Positions 36,036 to 39,274 of a stretch of DNA of 39,274 nucleotides are shown piece by piece. The translations under genes were made by a program, and so were the position numbers. Positions within the stretch are counted from its first letter, which is position 1. Each line of letters begins with the position of its first letter. Source of the stretch: a virus (taxonomy: Duplodnaviria > Caudoviricetes); IMG/VR virus record IMGVR_UViG_3300030392_001562, positions 1 to 39,274 of that record. One strand, 5' to 3'. The notes beneath the pieces were generated by a model, which was not told the origin of the DNA, did not search any database, and worked only from the letters and a program-made list of their open reading frames with translations.

Positions 36036-36512
36036 TTACTCCACTCCGACCTGGGTGTTCAAATCGTCGAGTTTATCGCGTAGAGACTCCAGCCGTTTTT
36101 CGTAGGCCTTGTAATCCTCATCAGCCATGGGCGCTACGATTAAGGACTTCGCGCCCTTATAAGCTTCTATATCTATATCTCCAAAGGGTTTTGGTTCCCA
36201 ATACAAGTCCCGGTCCACCCGTGTGCTAATATTGATGTCGATACTTTTGTCGTTTTTTTGGGTTATATGCGGAGTGCTAAAGCATATATCGCGCAACTCG
36301 GAAAGCAGAAAATAACCCCACTCAGCACATTGCGGGTCTCCAAGATTGACATAGCCGAAAAATCGATCTTTCCCGTCATACTCCGCCACGTACCAATCTG
36401 CGGACCCCATGAAAAAGTGCATTCTGATTACCACATCCGTTGCCGACATATTCTCGGACTCATATAATTTCGGCAGTGTGGCTAATTCTGCTTTAGTCGG
36501 TTCGTTCCACAT
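36036..36512 (-). CDS. DUF2958 family protein
   Basis: LPKLYESE..MHFF.GSADWYVAEYDG..FFGYVNLG....EWGYFLLSEL. Confidence 0.85.
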   Translation of the reverse strand: MWNEPTKAELATLPKLYESENMSATDVVIRMHFFMGSADWYVAEYDGKDRFFGYVNLGDPQCAEWGYFLLSELRDICFSTPHITQKNDKSIDINISTRVDRDLYWEPKPFGDIDIEAYKGAKSLIVAPMADEDYKAYEKRLESLRDKLDDLNTQVGVE

Positions 36513-36579
36513 GATGATCCCCTTTCAAAAGTTTTTGTCTGTCTGTTCTGGAGAGGTAGGCCTCTCCCCGGTAACTCAG

Positions 36580-36678
36580 TTACATGTAACGCGGATCTAC
36601 CAACCGAGCCATATGCATCAAGCAGGCCTGAACCTTCAACAAAAACGTGAATTGCTCAAATTGCTCATGGGTTGCCAT
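36580..36678 (-). CDS. 32-aa peptide (not in ORF track)
   Basis: GGAGGTGA-6nt-ATG; MATHEQFEQFTFLLKVQACLMHMARLVDPRYM. Confidence 0.55.
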   Translation of the reverse strand: MATHEQFEQFTFLLKVQACLMHMARLVDPRYM

Positions 36679-36684
36679 GTTGTA

Positions 36685-37065
36685 TCACCTCCCCTCTTTT
36701 ATTTTGTCCAGAATTTCGATAAAATAGTCGAAGGCCTCCGAATTTTTCGCCTTCGAAAACATGACCTCTGATATCTCGGCGGGGTCCTCGCCCGGTAACG
36801 TAACCGTGAGCGTTACTGTGGCCATCGAGGACCATTCGCCTTGCGTAGATAATCCCAGAATTTCGGATAACTGCTTAACTGCGCATGTGCCGATTGCAAA
36901 CTCGAATGCGTGACTTGTTTTACTCCACTTACAACCATGGGCCTCCAAGTGCTTGGCCAATATTATATATTCAGATTTAGCAAGGCGCTTGCCCCGAAGC
37001 TTGAATGTGTGTTCGTAAAACACAGCGCTTTCTAATGCACGTTTGAGAACAGGGATTAGATTCAT
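36685..37065 (-). CDS. Hypothetical early protein
   Basis: 126 aa; ATGA overlap with the upstream gene. Confidence 0.65.
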   Translation of the reverse strand: MNLIPVLKRALESAVFYEHTFKLRGKRLAKSEYIILAKHLEAHGCKWSKTSHAFEFAIGTCAVKQLSEILGLSTQGEWSSMATVTLTVTLPGEDPAEISEVMFSKAKNSEAFDYFIEILDKIKEGR

Positions 37066-37286
37066 TCTGAGGCCTCTATATTGATCAAGTGCTTTAGATA
37101 GGCCTTTATGGCCTTGCGGCCCTTGCGGCCCTTAAGCGCCTTTAATTGGCGCTTGAATCTAGGCCTTGCGTTACGATTTTTAGTAAGTCTTGTCTTAAGT
37201 AGTTTGGTCATGTTGCTCCAGAGGCCTGTATAAGGCCATTTAAGGGCCTCAAAATACACATGTGGTCTAAGCCTCACATCCTTCAT
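37062..37286 (-). CDS. Small, very basic protein
   Basis: 74 aa, K/R-rich; coupled to both neighbours. Confidence 0.55.
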   Translation of the reverse strand: MKDVRLRPHVYFEALKWPYTGLWSNMTKLLKTRLTKNRNARPRFKRQLKALKGRKGRKAIKAYLKHLINIEASE

Positions 37287-38112
37287 TAAAGGCCTCGTAA
37301 GAGGCCTTTATGCGTTCGTAAAAGGATTCTACACTTGTGCCATTGTCTGTATCCGTTAGCATGTCAAGTACTAGGTCATTAGGCAATATGGCCTTGGGTT
37401 GTACCGGCAGGCCGTAACCATAGGCAAAGCTATTATAAGTTTCGCTGTAGCTTTCCATTAAGCGAAACATTAGACGCCTCACAAAGGAAGAATTTGTCAA
37501 GGCGAACGATAGGGAATCCATATCCAGGGGCTGGCCTGCATCTTTCAGAGTAATCGTGAATTTGACTGTGTCGCGGCCTGCCCTTATTTTGTATCCTGCT
37601 CTGCACTTAGTGGCCCATACGCCTATAACTTCAACGCTAACACCAGTAGATTCAAGGCTATCTACAAGGGCCGCTATGGCCGCGCCATAGGCCGTTACGG
37701 TAGTCTTTTTGACCATCCAGCTATACACTACAGGCACCACAAGTCTTATCACCGGGGCCGCCGTTAGCTCACGCGTGAACGTTTCCATATGAGCAGGCGC
37801 TCCAGCGACATACAAGGGAATCATAGGCCTTGAACCTGCTATGCCGATTCGAGTTATGGTCTTAGGCCTTATTTCACGCGTGCTTTCTGGGATGGCCATA
37901 TAGGCCGTATCAAGACTTTTAAGACCTTCTTGCCATCCAGATCCTAAGAGAGTAACTGCGTCATCATAAGTGTCACAATCTTGCCAATTATCGTCATTGG
38001 CTTTTGTGGATGAATTACTGTTAATCCAATCACCTTTTGGCTTGGTTGTTTGCGCGGCCTCTATGAGTTCGCTTAGCGTGTAAGTCTTGTCTATCCGTAT
38101 GGCCTTGGTCAT
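37267..38112 (-). CDS. AAA-ATPase partner protein (VWA-like fold suspected)
   Basis: Starts 1 nt after the AAA stop; GWQEG..GSRPMIPLYVAGAPAHM..LVDSLESTGVSVEV..LKDAGQPLD..FVRRLMF; no canonical DxSxS motif. Confidence 0.6.
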   Translation of the reverse strand: MTKAIRIDKTYTLSELIEAAQTTKPKGDWINSNSSTKANDDNWQDCDTYDDAVTLLGSGWQEGLKSLDTAYMAIPESTREIRPKTITRIGIAGSRPMIPLYVAGAPAHMETFTRELTAAPVIRLVVPVVYSWMVKKTTVTAYGAAIAALVDSLESTGVSVEVIGVWATKCRAGYKIRAGRDTVKFTITLKDAGQPLDMDSLSFALTNSSFVRRLMFRLMESYSETYNSFAYGYGLPVQPKAILPNDLVLDMLTDTDNGTSVESFYERIKASYEAFNEGCEA

Positions 38113-38113
38113 G

Positions 38114-39229
38114 TTAGGCCTCGCTTTCCGTAGTGGCTTCTTTAGCGGCCGTCTTGATCTTGCGAACTGTGGCCGCATCAAGGCCTTTCCAGACAAATGA
38201 TTCCTCTACCTGCTTTCTACTCATACCCCAATTGGCCATCATATCTATGCCTCTTATGGTGGCCCTTGGAGATATGATGTGGCGAACGCCTAGAGTAGTT
38301 ATGGCCTTGCGCCATTGTTGTACGTCGCTCACGTAGGCCTTGTAATCCTCGTCTGTGTAACTGTGTAACCGGTAACTCCTAGCAGGCATATCATATTGGA
38401 TGCCTGCCTGATCAAGGGCCAAATATGTTTCTAGATCCTCGTCATAGTCCATAAGCACTACAGCAAACCTGTCTTTTGTGGCCGCGTCAATCGGATTACG
38501 GCCTACGTAGAGCATATCGGCACCATTGCCGAATGTGTTGGCACCTGCTATAGATACCCAAACCTTGCGTCTTGTGACATTGCCGTCAGGGAAATCGGCC
38601 TTGCCATTTTCCAATGCCATATTGAAAGCCACAAGGGCCTCAGGCGCACTTGCGTCAATCTCATCCCATAGAAACAAGGCACCTTTTTCTGGGTCTTCTT
38701 TGTTCGTTTCGTATAGGTCCCTGAAGAGTGTAGACTCATATTTTCCGTCTGCAGTTTTGTAGCCAAGCAATTCATATTTCTGAAGTAAGGCGCTTGTGGC
38801 TCCGAATTCTAGGTCCATATCTTTGGCTATTTGCGCGGCCAAGTGTGTTTTGCCAGAACCTGCAGGGCCTACTGTCAAGACGTTATATCCGGCCTCCAGG
38901 AGCATACGGATAACTGGATAAGCCTTGTGTGTGGCCGCTGGAATTTCCTGATCCGGCCTATCGGTTCGCTTGATTCTGATAGTAGGGGGCGCCTTGGTTT
39001 CAAGTTGCGTCACCCTGCTATTGAGGCCGTCCAGAGTATCGGTAAGGCCTGCAGGGATGTTATTGCCAATACCTGCTATGATAGGTGTCAGGGCCTCGCC
39101 TATGGCCTTAGATAGGTCCGCATCCCTTGGGGCCTCTACTTCGAGAATAACGGCCTCTGGTGTGGCCTCTGGCTTGGCCTCTGGTGTGGTATGTTGTTTA
39201 AGTGACTTGGCCTGCCGATATGCTCTCAT
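38114..39229 (-). CDS. MoxR/CbbQ/CobS-like AAA+ ATPase (true start likely at 120 across the join, about 399 aa)
   Basis: GPAGSGKT, FLWDEID, AGANTFGNGA..YVGRNPIDAATKDRF, ISPRA. Confidence 0.9.
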   Translation of the reverse strand: MRAYRQAKSLKQHTTPEAKPEATPEAVILEVEAPRDADLSKAIGEALTPIIAGIGNNIPAGLTDTLDGLNSRVTQLETKAPPTIRIKRTDRPDQEIPAATHKAYPVIRMLLEAGYNVLTVGPAGSGKTHLAAQIAKDMDLEFGATSALLQKYELLGYKTADGKYESTLFRDLYETNKEDPEKGALFLWDEIDASAPEALVAFNMALENGKADFPDGNVTRRKVWVSIAGANTFGNGADMLYVGRNPIDAATKDRFAVVLMDYDEDLETYLALDQAGIQYDMPARSYRLHSYTDEDYKAYVSDVQQWRKAITTLGVRHIISPRATIRGIDMMANWGMSRKQVEESFVWKGLDAATVRKIKTAAKEATTESEA

Positions 39230-39274
39230 ATAGTGCTGGTGGCAGTACCAAGTGACTTGATGAAAATGCTTGTC
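39194..39274. repeat. Right copy of terminal overlap
   Basis: Matches 1-81 with 9 mismatches, all outside the 54-bp core. Confidence 0.92.

Overview
The window looks like an essentially complete ~39.2 kb tailed-phage genome. Positions 1-81 overlap 39194-39274 (54-bp exact core), and joining the ends restores one continuous AAA-ATPase gene. The + strand arm (1408-27646) carries a thermonuclease-like gene, a Mom-like DNA-modification enzyme, large terminase, portal, scaffold, major capsid, a glycosyltransferase, a short-tail (podovirus-type) adaptor and nozzle, a tail fibre with an S74 chaperone, a lysis cassette (GTA-type 3TM holin plus DUF5675) and probable ejection proteins. The - strand arm (39274 to 27633) carries early and replication genes: a MoxR/CobS-like AAA plus partner, DUF2958, a small-terminase-like HTH, Cro-like HTH, SSB-like protein, SWIM finger, PD-(D/E)xK nuclease and DnaB. 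I see no integrase, DNA polymerase, tRNA or CRISPR array. The main discovery is two intergenic ~71-nt elements in the early operon (35345-35415 and 35944-36014, - strand) that fold by eye as HDV-like double-pseudoknot self-cleaving ribozymes, with a compensatory base change between the copies. Each sits between a GC hairpin and a Shine-Dalgarno sequence, suggesting ribozyme-based processing of the early polycistronic mRNA. Other notable signals are a ~3 kb GGCC-enriched island across the genome join, a structured and terminated late leader RNA, a riboswitch-like leader at 32525-32738 and 11-bp iteron-like repeats. All protein assignments come from motif recognition by eye, not database searches. 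Folds and motif counts are manual.
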